From IMG/VR virus record IMGVR_UViG_3300031133_000383, positions 58,635-122,634 of that record: 64,000 nt of DNA; one strand, 5' to 3'. Every line of letters starts with the position of its first letter. Position 1 is the first letter of the stretch. Both the position numbers and the translations under genes were made by a program. Positions 50,158 through 59,998 of this stretch are shown here, piece by piece. The stretch is from a virus (lineage: Duplodnaviria > Heunggongvirae > Uroviricota > Caudoviricetes). Under the pieces are notes generated by a model that saw nothing but the letters and a program-made list of their open reading frames with translations, was not told the origin of the DNA and made no database searches.

Positions 50158-51029
50158 TTATTGATATTTACCAAAAACATTCATCTTTATATGATTTGGA
50201 CTTCCATATAAATTCTTCTGTTCTTAGTCCTGACGATACCACTCTTTTTACTACTTCCGGTATGCAACATTTCAAACACCGCTATTCTGATTTATCATAC
50301 TTTGATACTTTTTCTAATATTCAACAATGTTTAAGAGTCAATGACCTTGAAGAAATAGGCGATGGAACACATTTTTTAACATTCGAAATGATTGGTTTAT
50401 TTTCATTCAGACAATGGAGCTTACAGCAATCTATTGATTTCATGTATTCTTTTATGAATAAACTAGGCATCATTCCAGATTATGTAACTATACATCCTGA
50501 TAAGTATGAAGAATGGCGATATCTTTATGATAAATATTTGGTAGACATTAAACTTGATGATGAGTGTATTTGGTCAGATGGCAGTATTGGTGGATATTGC
50601 ACTGAGTTTTACAAGAATGACATTGAGATAGGTAACATTGTTAATACGCTTGGCGACTGTATAGATATAGGCTTTGGATTAGAACGTCTTTTAGAAGTAA
50701 CTAATAGCTTAGTTTCAAAAACAAGACTTCAAATTTTAGAAGAAACTTCGGTTGTGCTATTGAATCAGCATGTTCAAGTCGGCAACAACAAACAAGGTTA
50801 TATTTTGAAAAAGCTTATTACAGAATCTATATTTTCTGGTAGTCTATTACAGTTGAATGAATTCAAAAAGATCAGAAGCAATCATGAAAAAGCTTATTCT
50901 ACTTATCTTCGTAAAAAAAGCCATCATAGGTTTAAAGATAAAGACGATTTGTTTTGGGCTGATACATTTGGATTTCAAGTTCATAGACTACAAAGTTATC
51001 AGCAATGGTTTAACAAAAAAGACTCTTAG
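50157..51029 (+). CDS. truncated alanyl-tRNA synthetase catalytic-domain paralog
   Basis: TLFTTSGMQHFK, QQCLRVNDLEEIGDGTH..TFEMIGLFSF, EIGNIV, IDIGFGLERL, QGYILKKLI; lacks editing and C-Ala domains; start uncertain (ATT 50157/50160 or TTG 50196). Confidence 0.85.
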   Translation: MIDIYQKHSSLYDLDFHINSSVLSPDDTTLFTTSGMQHFKHRYSDLSYFDTFSNIQQCLRVNDLEEIGDGTHFLTFEMIGLFSFRQWSLQQSIDFMYSFMNKLGIIPDYVTIHPDKYEEWRYLYDKYLVDIKLDDECIWSDGSIGGYCTEFYKNDIEIGNIVNTLGDCIDIGFGLERLLEVTNSLVSKTRLQILEETSVVLLNQHVQVGNNKQGYILKKLITESIFSGSLLQLNEFKKIRSNHEKAYSTYLRKKSHHRFKDKDDLFWADTFGFQVHRLQSYQQWFNKKDS

Positions 51030-51039
51030 GAGTCTTTTT
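51015..51039. terminator. bidirectional terminator
   Basis: aaaaaagactc-tta-ggagtcttttt. Confidence 0.75.
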
Positions 51040-51087
51040 ATACAATCATTTCCATGTTTAAAAATTTCAAATCCATGCTAAAAGCAT

Positions 51088-51282
51088 TTATGACACTTCA
51101 ACAGGTCCAACATAGGTTGCCTTGATATAATAATCAGGCGTTGATGATGTAGAACAATATTTTTCGTTTGTTTCAGTAGTCGCTTTCAAGGCTTCTTGTT
51201 CAGTTGCATATTCAGTAGTCCAACTGTCATTTCCCCAGCCGCGTTCACTTTCGTAATAGTCTACTCTATATTTGATAGTCAT
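51088..51282 (-). CDS. small hypothetical protein (ESERGWG motif)
   Basis: GGGAG RBS; 64 aa. Confidence 0.75.
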   Translation of the reverse strand: MTIKYRVDYYESERGWGNDSWTTEYATEQEALKATTETNEKYCSTSSTPDYYIKATYVGPVEVS

Positions 51283-51314
51283 CGTTGATCTCCCAATGGT
51301 TGAATGTATCTATA

Positions 51315-51527
51315 TCATATTTTATTGAATCTTGTCAATCCACTTTTTCGAGCATTTAATCTAAACACTCTAAAACCTTGTGATACATGAAAATTCAAAT
51401 ATTTCATGGGTACAAAATGATTGCCTTCAGAAGGCGGATGGGATTCTTCGCCATATAAATTTTCCCATAACTTTCTATTTCTGAATGTTACTTTGGGTTG
51501 TAAAAATTTATTCATCATTTTATTCAT
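51315..51527 (-). CDS. small hypothetical protein
   Basis: GAGGG RBS; directly follows the PcfJ-like gene. Confidence 0.65.
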   Translation of the reverse strand: MNKMMNKFLQPKVTFRNRKLWENLYGEESHPPSEGNHFVPMKYLNFHVSQGFRVFRLNARKSGLTRFNKI

Positions 51528-51529
51528 AA

Positions 51530-52657
51530 TTACCCTCTATATCCATAAAAATTGTTTACTTTGCACCACTCAATGATAATTGAATTTTCTTCACCTGTTG
51601 CCATTCTGTTGGCATATCCTCTTACTTGAGCAATCGAACCATTGTTTCTTAACTCTATCGTTACTTTTCTTTTTCCATTCATTTTCAAACTCCAAATGGA
51701 AATATTACCGTTGATGCAATTATTTTTATAACTGGCTACACAATGGTGTTGTGCATTACCTTCTTCCATTAGTAATTTTGCTGATTTAATCTGATTGATT
51801 GTCCATTTTTCTTCATTTAATTTATCTTCGTTACGCATAAGTAAAAAATCATCAATATCATGACCTTCCCATTCAATGTTGCCCATTGCTTTCATTCTTC
51901 GCAAAGCATAATGCCAGTCGATCATTCTTTTCTTTAGTGAATCTAATGTTAGTCCATTGCCAAAAACAGAAAAATGACGGTTCGCTGCTTTTTCTGCAAC
52001 AATGAAGTCTACCAAATCATTAATTGCATTTATTGATTCGGGTGTTTTACCTTCTTGGGCAAAAAACTTTATGACATTTTTCCAGAACTCATCTTTAATA
52101 TTTTTTTCATTCAATTTTGATTTAGCAATACGAAGAGCATTTCCAACATTGGAATTCTCACATACAGCAATAGAGTAGACTAAAGCTTGTTCAACACTGA
52201 GATCAGTGTAAGGACACATTAAAAAAGTATGCCCTTCTTTTTTAGTCAAAAAACCTTTGAAAAATTCTTTATGTATCGAACCACCTGTGCCGACACAAAC
52301 AAACCATTTTTTGTATTCAAGAAAAGACTTATTGATTGTACCGCTACGCTGCATGGTTTTATATTTTGAGTCCCATACCTGTTCCAAAATCTTAGGTGCT
52401 TTATATTTAGAGAAAAGATGTTTGGCCAGTAACGTGACTTTTTTTGTACGGTTACTTGTTTTAAGATTACATTTGAATGTATCTACTGAGTTTACAGCGT
52501 TTTGTAGTAGTTCGGAGTCAATATCATCCAGCAGAGGTTTTTCTGTTTGAGAAGCAAGAGCCAGTTTTTTATTTTTTGAATGATGCCCGAAGACATTTTT
52601 GAATTGGTTTTCAAAAGCTTCTTCTTTTTCATTTTTTATTCTAGTTTGACGACCCAT
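51530..52657 (-). CDS. PcfJ-like domain protein
   Basis: L..EG..QHHCVASY...C..G..SIWSL....VTIEL....I.QVRG.AN. Confidence 0.85.
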   Translation of the reverse strand: MGRQTRIKNEKEEAFENQFKNVFGHHSKNKKLALASQTEKPLLDDIDSELLQNAVNSVDTFKCNLKTSNRTKKVTLLAKHLFSKYKAPKILEQVWDSKYKTMQRSGTINKSFLEYKKWFVCVGTGGSIHKEFFKGFLTKKEGHTFLMCPYTDLSVEQALVYSIAVCENSNVGNALRIAKSKLNEKNIKDEFWKNVIKFFAQEGKTPESINAINDLVDFIVAEKAANRHFSVFGNGLTLDSLKKRMIDWHYALRRMKAMGNIEWEGHDIDDFLLMRNEDKLNEEKWTINQIKSAKLLMEEGNAQHHCVASYKNNCINGNISIWSLKMNGKRKVTIELRNNGSIAQVRGYANRMATGEENSIIIEWCKVNNFYGYRG

Positions 52658-52785
52658 TTATCTATCCTCTACTTATTGAGTAATTGTATCATAATATACA
52701 TAAATGGATCAACTATTTTTATAATATATTTGCGTTGTATTTAGCTGTGATTTTTGATATACTACTATCACTAAGAGGGTCTTGT

Positions 52786-53484
52786 ATGCATCGTAGAACA
52801 ATCAACAAAATTTTGAGACAGTATCCGTCTTGTAAAAATCTTGATAAATCTATTTCCTTGTGGATGAAAGACGATGACTTGATTAAATCTTTTTTTAATA
52901 AAGATGCAGTACCTATCATGGCTTGTTGTTCATTAAATAGTATTTACTGTATGATGGAAGATAATTTTCCTTATTTTTATGATCATGGGGCTTGTCACGC
53001 TGTTTTAAATAAAGTTTCTTTTTTCTTTAATATCTATAAATCAGAACATCTACTACTTTGCGACCCTTACAATTCTATTGAAGAAATTAAAAAAGTTTTT
53101 AGTAAATTTATCAAGCATGAAACTTATTTGAATATATTAAATGATATGTTAATCAATCTTAATTTTCAACAAAGTGCTTATTTTAGTTATAGGTTTGATA
53201 TAGAAACAGAAGTAAATTTAATAGAATACCTAATAGGTAGTGGTTCTTATAGTTTTTGTATCAAATTAAGATTTACCGATCAATCTGTTATTGTTGATTT
53301 TATTACAACTGTTGATGGATGTCATGCAGAAGCTAATTTTTTTGGAAATTTTGATAGTTTTTCTGCTGTTTGTGATAGAGGATTTAGATTGAGTGGTCTT
53401 GATTTTATGACATTTGAAAATTTATGTGATATCAATACTGATTTTGTTTCAATGGCTAAAATTCAAAAAATATATAATTATTAA
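52786..53484 (+). CDS. hypothetical protein, shared C-terminal motif family (...KIQKIYNY)
   Basis: GAGGG RBS and TGaTATACT support start MHRRT. Confidence 0.75.
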   Translation: MHRRTINKILRQYPSCKNLDKSISLWMKDDDLIKSFFNKDAVPIMACCSLNSIYCMMEDNFPYFYDHGACHAVLNKVSFFFNIYKSEHLLLCDPYNSIEEIKKVFSKFIKHETYLNILNDMLINLNFQQSAYFSYRFDIETEVNLIEYLIGSGSYSFCIKLRFTDQSVIVDFITTVDGCHAEANFFGNFDSFSAVCDRGFRLSGLDFMTFENLCDINTDFVSMAKIQKIYNY

Positions 53485-53537
53485 GCAATATTTTTGTACA
53501 AAGTTTTATTATACTATTAAATATGTGGAGTGTATTT

Positions 53538-54332
53538 ATGTCTAGTTGTGAGATGCCTATTATTGAAGATCCCTATTTTGGAGTCATTCAGCCTATCAAA
53601 TATGAAAACTCTTTGATTACTCAACGAGCCAGCCATTTTTTTGAATGTCCTGTTGACATCATCTATACTAATCATATAGCTTATGAGGGAGACGATGTGG
53701 CTTTAAAAAAAACGGCACTACTTGATGAAGGATTTTTTAATATCAATGGTTTGCTGGTTCCCTTTGTTTTTGAATCGCTTGTTCATGCACAAAAACCTAT
53801 AGTCAAGCTTGATATTAATCTATATCTTACTGTTATTTACGGTCATGATCAAAATAAATACCAAATAAATAATAATATCAAAACTGTATTTCTAGAAAAA
53901 ACAGATGAGTATTTGAACAAAATTTTAGGTGCATTGCCTCTTTATTTATCAAATGAATTAAAAAATGTACTAGAGTATTTATATTTTTATCCTTATGTTG
54001 ATTCTATTAATGGGAAAAGCTTGAATATTGGATATGACATCATTACAAAATCTTCCTATTTCTTTATCACGCATTATCAGAAAGAAAGCACCTGTTACAA
54101 TAATAGGATGCCGTTTAGTTATGATGGTAGAAATTTTTCAATGTTGATGAATGGCTATAAGAACATTATAGTAAATTCAGAAAATTTAGACAAGGCGTGG
54201 GGTCTTTTGTTTTCTTCCATCTTGAATCATAAGCTATATGAAGAATCCCTTATAGGTCCATTTACTGATATGACAACTGTTCTTCAACATGTTGAGAAAA
54301 TATCATCTATTGTTGAAATGGTACAATATTAA
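53538..54332 (+). CDS. hypothetical protein, shared C-terminal motif family (...SIVEMVQY)
   Basis: GGAG RBS supports start MSSCE. Confidence 0.8.
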   Translation: MSSCEMPIIEDPYFGVIQPIKYENSLITQRASHFFECPVDIIYTNHIAYEGDDVALKKTALLDEGFFNINGLLVPFVFESLVHAQKPIVKLDINLYLTVIYGHDQNKYQINNNIKTVFLEKTDEYLNKILGALPLYLSNELKNVLEYLYFYPYVDSINGKSLNIGYDIITKSSYFFITHYQKESTCYNNRMPFSYDGRNFSMLMNGYKNIIVNSENLDKAWGLLFSSILNHKLYEESLIGPFTDMTTVLQHVEKISSIVEMVQY

Positions 54333-54405
54333 AACTACTTTTCCGATAAGCATTAATGAAAAATAAGATTAAAAAAGATCAATAAAAAAGCCGCCTTAGC
54401 GACCT

Positions 54406-55920
54406 TTAATGACCTCCACCTTCTATGTGATGTGTGGGTCGCTTTGCCAACAATACAAAAGGTATCAATACCAGCATGATAATACCACTCAACAACATGA
54501 TATCATTAAGTCCCATCACTGCAGCCTGACCGTTGATGATGTTATTTATATATGACATTTGAGTAATATTGTCTTGCATAGGCAACATTTTTATATAATT
54601 TTCATAATTTGGATTGGCTTGATTAATGCTGGCAGCTAGGTATTCATGATGTATTGCCATTCTATGATCCCAATACGCAATAACCAAAGATGTGCCAAAG
54701 CTATTTCCCATATTTCTCATAAAACTAGAAATACCAGAAGCACTTGCCATATCTTTAGGTGCTATATTAGAAAATGTTATACTGGTTAATGGTATGAAAA
54801 AACAGGCAAGTCCGATACCTAGAAATAAACGATTGAATGCAATATGTCCTGCTGTCACTTCATTATTCATTGTTGCTCCCCACCATGATACGATAAAGAA
54901 CCAAATAAATCCAAAAACAACAATCTTTCTAGGATCAACCTTAGATAATGCCGCACCTAATATTGGAGCTAAGAAGATAACAAAAACACTGGTTGTGGAT
55001 GTTGCCAGTCCACTATTGAATGCAGTATATCCCATGTAGTTTTGTAACCATTGAGGAAATACAACAACTGTCGAAAAGAAAGCGGTAGATCCAATACATA
55101 AAACCATCACTCCAATCAAAAAATTTCTATTTAAAAATAATCTAACATCAACAATGGGATCTTTAGCATAATATTCCCATATAATTAAACTGGACATAAA
55201 GATAAATGATATAATACCTAATGTAACAATATAGTTATCACTAAACCAGTCAAGTTCGTTACCTTTATCCAGCAAGAGTTGAAGTGATCCTACACCAACG
55301 GCCAAAAATATTAAACCCATATAATCCATTGGCGATTTTATTTTGACTTCATTTGTTCTTTGAACTTTAAATATTTTATAAACAATATAAGAAGAAATGA
55401 TACCAAAAGGAATATTGATATAAAAACTCCATCTCCAATGCCAGTTATCAGTGATCCATCCACCTAAAATAGGACCTGCCACAGGAGCGATAACAATCGT
55501 CATTGACCAAATACCCATTGCCAATCCTTTCTTGTTGGCTGGATAAATACTCATTAATAGTGTTTGTGATAAAGGTATCATACAAGCACCTACAACCCCT
55601 TGCAGTATTCTGGCAAATAGTAAAATTTCAAAACTTGGACTTATTCCACATAATACACTGGCAATCGTAAATAATATTGTACCCCATATATAGAGGTTGA
55701 CTTGTCCAAATCTTTTACTCAACCAGCCTGTTAAAGGTAACAAGATAGCTTCTGAAACCGCATATGATGTGATTACCCATGTACCTTGTGTTGATGACAC
55801 CCCAAAGTCACCTGCTATATGTGATAATGAAACATTGACAATAGTTGAATCCAATATATTCATAAAAGATCCAATTGATAAAGCAAAGGTTGCTAGTAAT
55901 AACGCTATTGGTATTTGCAT
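54406..55920 (-). CDS. emrB: DHA2 MFS multidrug efflux permease
   Basis: FMNILDSTIVNVSL.HIAG, GTWVITSY, GPILGGWITD, WRW.FYINIP, ends GGGH. Confidence 0.95.
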   Translation of the reverse strand: MQIPIALLLATFALSIGSFMNILDSTIVNVSLSHIAGDFGVSSTQGTWVITSYAVSEAILLPLTGWLSKRFGQVNLYIWGTILFTIASVLCGISPSFEILLFARILQGVVGACMIPLSQTLLMSIYPANKKGLAMGIWSMTIVIAPVAGPILGGWITDNWHWRWSFYINIPFGIISSYIVYKIFKVQRTNEVKIKSPMDYMGLIFLAVGVGSLQLLLDKGNELDWFSDNYIVTLGIISFIFMSSLIIWEYYAKDPIVDVRLFLNRNFLIGVMVLCIGSTAFFSTVVVFPQWLQNYMGYTAFNSGLATSTTSVFVIFLAPILGAALSKVDPRKIVVFGFIWFFIVSWWGATMNNEVTAGHIAFNRLFLGIGLACFFIPLTSITFSNIAPKDMASASGISSFMRNMGNSFGTSLVIAYWDHRMAIHHEYLAASINQANPNYENYIKMLPMQDNITQMSYINNIINGQAAVMGLNDIMLLSGIIMLVLIPFVLLAKRPTHHIEGGGH

Positions 55921-55929
55921 TATACACCT

Positions 55930-57087
55930 TTATTGACTTAATTTAGCAATAGTGGTTTTTACAATAGTATCAACATCCTTGTCAATTATTGTATAATTCG
56001 CATCAAATATATTGGTAGATTCAGGGACTAAAGTTTTAACTGATTTTAATATTTGCTCAGTATGTGTATTAATATCCACAACTACAGAACTACCGATAGG
56101 TAAATACCCATGTTCTTTAATGCTATCTTTGTTTATTTCTATTTTTACAGGCACTCGTTGAACAACTTTAATCCAGTTGCCTGTTGCATTTTGAGCGGGT
56201 AACAATGAAAATGCACTACCACTACCGGCTGAAACACCTTTGACAATACCTTCATAATGCTGTTTATTCACATCACTGACAATTTCAACTTCTTGACCTA
56301 TTTTAAGATTTTTTAATTGATTTTCTTTCAAGTTGGCATCGATCCATGCATTATTTAAATCAATAATGGTAAATAGATTTTGATTCTCATTGATCTTTTG
56401 ACCAAGAGAGACCGCTCTTTTGGCAATAGTACCATCAAACGTCGCATAAATATTGGTTCTTGCCAGATTAATAGCCGCTTTTTGATAATTAAGAATACTT
56501 TTAGCAACATCAGGATGTTGTTTAATGCTTTCAGAGGCTAATTGAACTTTATCATTTTTAAAATTATTTTGAGCAATAGCGTATTGAATTTTACTTTGAT
56601 TATAATTATTTTTAACAACATCATAATTTTCCTGACTAATCAATCCCTTTTTGAATAATAAAGTGTCTCTTTTGTAATCAACCTCATTTTTTTGAAAATC
56701 TACTTTTTTCGCATTGACTGTTTCAGAAGATACGCTGACATTATTATTTAAAGAATAATATTTTCGAATAGACTGTTCTAATTCAACTTTAGCCGACTCC
56801 AGTGTCAGTAAGTAATCAGTATCATCAATTTTAGCAATCAAATCGCCTCTTTTAACTGTCTGTGTATCATCTACTAATACTTTGACAATATTTCCTGATA
56901 ATTGTGATGTAACCATATTTTGGTGACTATTAACATAAGCGTCTTCGGTTTCTTCATGCCATTTAAAGTTGGTATTCCATAAGTAAGCATAAAAACCACC
57001 AATAATAGCTACCACCAATAATAATATAATAATTTTTTTAATGGCTTTACTACTGTTTCCTTTTACTTTTTCTTCCTGTTGTTGCAT
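55930..57087 (-). CDS. emrA: EmrA membrane fusion protein
   Basis: EETEDAYV, GSAFSLLPAQNATGNWIKVVQRVPVKI. Confidence 0.95.
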   Translation of the reverse strand: MQQQEEKVKGNSSKAIKKIIILLLVVAIIGGFYAYLWNTNFKWHEETEDAYVNSHQNMVTSQLSGNIVKVLVDDTQTVKRGDLIAKIDDTDYLLTLESAKVELEQSIRKYYSLNNNVSVSSETVNAKKVDFQKNEVDYKRDTLLFKKGLISQENYDVVKNNYNQSKIQYAIAQNNFKNDKVQLASESIKQHPDVAKSILNYQKAAINLARTNIYATFDGTIAKRAVSLGQKINENQNLFTIIDLNNAWIDANLKENQLKNLKIGQEVEIVSDVNKQHYEGIVKGVSAGSGSAFSLLPAQNATGNWIKVVQRVPVKIEINKDSIKEHGYLPIGSSVVVDINTHTEQILKSVKTLVPESTNIFDANYTIIDKDVDTIVKTTIAKLSQ

Positions 57088-57088
57088 T

Positions 57089-58498
57089 TCAAGCTCCTGC
57101 TTTTTGGTTGATTATATTAATTCCACCTAATGCATTAATTAGGTCAATTTGTTGATTGAATCTACTTAATAATTGCTTATTATTATTTCGTTCTTCACTC
57201 AGTAGTTGATCACGTTCTTGTACAAATTCATAACGTGAGATAGTTCCATACTTGTATCTGGTGCTCATGTTATTAAATATTGTTTTTTTATTTTCATATT
57301 TTGAAAAACTGTTTTCAAGCGAATTCTTTTCTTTTCTTAACTTGTAAACATTGTCATTAATATCTTTTAATGCAGTCGAAATCGTTTTATTATAATTTTC
57401 AATAAATGTATTTAAATCAAATCCTGCCAATCTATAATTAGATTTAATACGTCCAGAGTCAAATATGGGTAGTTTTAATGTAGGCGAAATTGTTGCAAAC
57501 AATGATGACTTAGATAGTAATAAATTCGGAGTTATTGACTCAAAACCTGCAGTCCCTGTGATGGTGATATTAGGATAGAAATCGGCTTTCAATGCTTCAA
57601 GTTGTTCTTCTTGTGCATCAATATTGTATAAATAATATTTAACGTCTGGACGTTCAGTAATGACTTCCGCCGTATAATATTCTGGCAACTTTAATTCTGT
57701 TTTATATAAATCAACAGTATTAACAGCTAATATTTTGTTTATTTTATCATTGTTATTACCCAATAACATCAATGAATTTTTAGTAAGTTGCAATGATGTC
57801 GTATTGTCAACAATCAAAGTATTCATATCTTTGATATTATTTTTAAGTTTTAAAACTTCATCATCAATGCTTGTACCAATGGATACTTTATATTGTTCCA
57901 ATTCCAAGAGTTCTTGATAAATTTCTTTTTGTTCGATTAATAAACGAGATTGATTATTGTAAAAAGTGAAATCTGCATACAATTTAACAACCTGATTTGA
58001 AATATTTAACTCAGACCATTGTTTATTCAGCTTTTCTGCTGCTTGTAAGCTCATGTACTGATTGCCAAAATGTTGTATTTTTTTGAATAAATCGACATCA
58101 TAATTTGCATTTAATGACAAACTATCATTATCTATTATACGGTTTGAATATTCAGCAGGATTGAAACTGTTACCACTCAATCTCTGTTTGTTTGCTGTAG
58201 CTTCAAGATCTATACCAATTTTTTTATTGGCATTGTTTAATTGATATTGTTCCTGTATTTTAGCAATTTTAATATCAAGCAGTTTTAAATCTTTGTTATT
58301 ATCTAAAATAACGATCATGAGTTGATTAAGTTGCTTGTTATTTAATTCAGTCCACCACTTTTCTCTTTTTATTGTATAACTTTGATTGTTGAGTGATGTT
58401 ATTGTTTGACCTTCTATTGCGGGTGATTCAATATTGGGAATAGCTACACATCCTGTGATTACCATACTGATAATTAATGGTAATGTTTTTTTAATCAT
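57089..58498 (-). CDS. outer-membrane efflux lipoprotein (NodT/TolC family)
   Basis: Lipobox ITGC, WW, RPDV, A.FYP.I, LPIFDSGR, L..ALGG. Confidence 0.9.
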   Translation of the reverse strand: MIKKTLPLIISMVITGCVAIPNIESPAIEGQTITSLNNQSYTIKREKWWTELNNKQLNQLMIVILDNNKDLKLLDIKIAKIQEQYQLNNANKKIGIDLEATANKQRLSGNSFNPAEYSNRIIDNDSLSLNANYDVDLFKKIQHFGNQYMSLQAAEKLNKQWSELNISNQVVKLYADFTFYNNQSRLLIEQKEIYQELLELEQYKVSIGTSIDDEVLKLKNNIKDMNTLIVDNTTSLQLTKNSLMLLGNNNDKINKILAVNTVDLYKTELKLPEYYTAEVITERPDVKYYLYNIDAQEEQLEALKADFYPNITITGTAGFESITPNLLLSKSSLFATISPTLKLPIFDSGRIKSNYRLAGFDLNTFIENYNKTISTALKDINDNVYKLRKEKNSLENSFSKYENKKTIFNNMSTRYKYGTISRYEFVQERDQLLSEERNNNKQLLSRFNQQIDLINALGGINIINQKAGA

Positions 58499-58988
58499 AT
58501 TTTTCCTCCATATTATCTAATGCTTTGCCTAATTCTTTGATAACAGATTCGACATTGCAATTTTCCCATATATTTTTTAATATTTCATCGTGAGCACCCA
58601 TATTATCCATAATGAATTTTTTTCCCTCTTGTGTAATACTGATGAATATTTTTCTACGATCCTTTTTATCATGTTCTCTTTCCAAATACCCCCTTTGAAT
58701 CAATTCATCCACTACACGAGTCATTGTAGGTTTTGGCTGTCTTAACATTGAGGCCAATTCTGATGGTAATATTTTACTATCCTCTGTATCATATGTAACC
58801 ATTAATACTCCCCATGAAGTACAGGTAAGACCACCACATTCTTGCATTCTTTTATCCATAATGCGTTCAAATTGTTTTGTGGTTTTAAACAATAACCGAG
58901 TTAATAATACTTCATTTAGTGAAAAGTTTTCACTGGTGTCTTTTAGCTTAGCTAATCTATTTTGAATTTCTTTTATCTTATTGGACAT
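58491..58988 (-). CDS. emrR: MarR-family repressor (EmrR/MprA-like)
   Basis: PSELA......TMTRVVDEL...G.LER....DRR...I.IT..G. Confidence 0.85.
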   Translation of the reverse strand: MSNKIKEIQNRLAKLKDTSENFSLNEVLLTRLLFKTTKQFERIMDKRMQECGGLTCTSWGVLMVTYDTEDSKILPSELASMLRQPKPTMTRVVDELIQRGYLEREHDKKDRRKIFISITQEGKKFIMDNMGAHDEILKNIWENCNVESVIKELGKALDNMEEKYD

Positions 58989-59007
58989 AACGACCTCTTT
59001 ATAATAT

Positions 59008-59025
59008 TAGTTCCATATGAAACTA
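59008..59025. promoter_or_regulatory. putative MarR operator
   Basis: Near-perfect palindrome TAGTTcCATATGaAACTA abutting the -10 (TAAAAT) of the emr promoter. Confidence 0.6.
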
Positions 59026-59167
59026 TTTTACACGAAATTATTTTATAATCAATAATTAGCTGGCAAATTATTTTATTTTCTTGTATTTTTACTGTTTTTA
59101 CAATATAAAATATTTACTATTTTTTAATAGTGTGGTATGATTCGGATACATTTTGGAGATTCAAACT

Positions 59168-59989
59168 ATGATTTCTAGTCTTATTGGCAATCGAAAACTT
59201 CAGTCAAGCGATCAATTTTTCAATGATGAATTTATTAAACAATCCATGTCTCTTATGTTGCCAAAATTCAATCAGGTTGATAAAAAAGATATTTATATCC
59301 TTCAATACATCTCTTTTCGTGGAAAAAGAAGTTGTGATTTTATTTTCAAGTATAAAGATATTTATATTCCTTTAAGCATCAATTTTAATGAATTTTTTGA
59401 ATTGAAGTATTCAGTACGTATTTGTTTTGATAAGGGTGCTTTAAGTAGTAATTTTTTTGAAGTTGATAAAATAGATAATTATAATATTGATCAATTCAAC
59501 GATTTTTTTGAAAATAGTCAATGGCCCAACGTCTGGACTCCTTTTCAAAAGATGCTGGCTGATTTCTATCATAGTAACGGTCAATCTATTATTCATAAAC
59601 AAGTTGTTTCACTTAAATACAATCAAATGAATGAGGCGGATAAAATACAACTTCCATTGCCTCATGTTTTATTTGATAGTTACTCTCGCTATGAAGCTAA
59701 CGGTAATAGTGTTTTTATGAACATTCATGGAGAAAGTTTGGATGACGATCATTATGTTACATTAAAGACAACACAAGGTGAAACATCTATTAAAATTCCT
59801 ACTGATTATATGCTTGAAAAAAGCTATTCTATGGACCCTTTATCTATTTTTAAGTCGTGTGTACTTAAACTACATACTATAATAGATGATAACGTAATGG
59901 CTGATTTCAATAATTACTTTGATGCAGTCAAATATTATCATACTCATCAGGATTTTTTTAAAAAATTGGGCGAAATGATTAAAATTTGA
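59168..59989 (+). CDS. hypothetical protein, shared C-terminal motif family (...KLGEMIKI)
   Basis: GGAG RBS supports start MISSL. Confidence 0.8.
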   Translation: MISSLIGNRKLQSSDQFFNDEFIKQSMSLMLPKFNQVDKKDIYILQYISFRGKRSCDFIFKYKDIYIPLSINFNEFFELKYSVRICFDKGALSSNFFEVDKIDNYNIDQFNDFFENSQWPNVWTPFQKMLADFYHSNGQSIIHKQVVSLKYNQMNEADKIQLPLPHVLFDSYSRYEANGNSVFMNIHGESLDDDHYVTLKTTQGETSIKIPTDYMLEKSYSMDPLSIFKSCVLKLHTIIDDNVMADFNNYFDAVKYYHTHQDFFKKLGEMIKI

Positions 59990-59998
59990 AATTATTAT

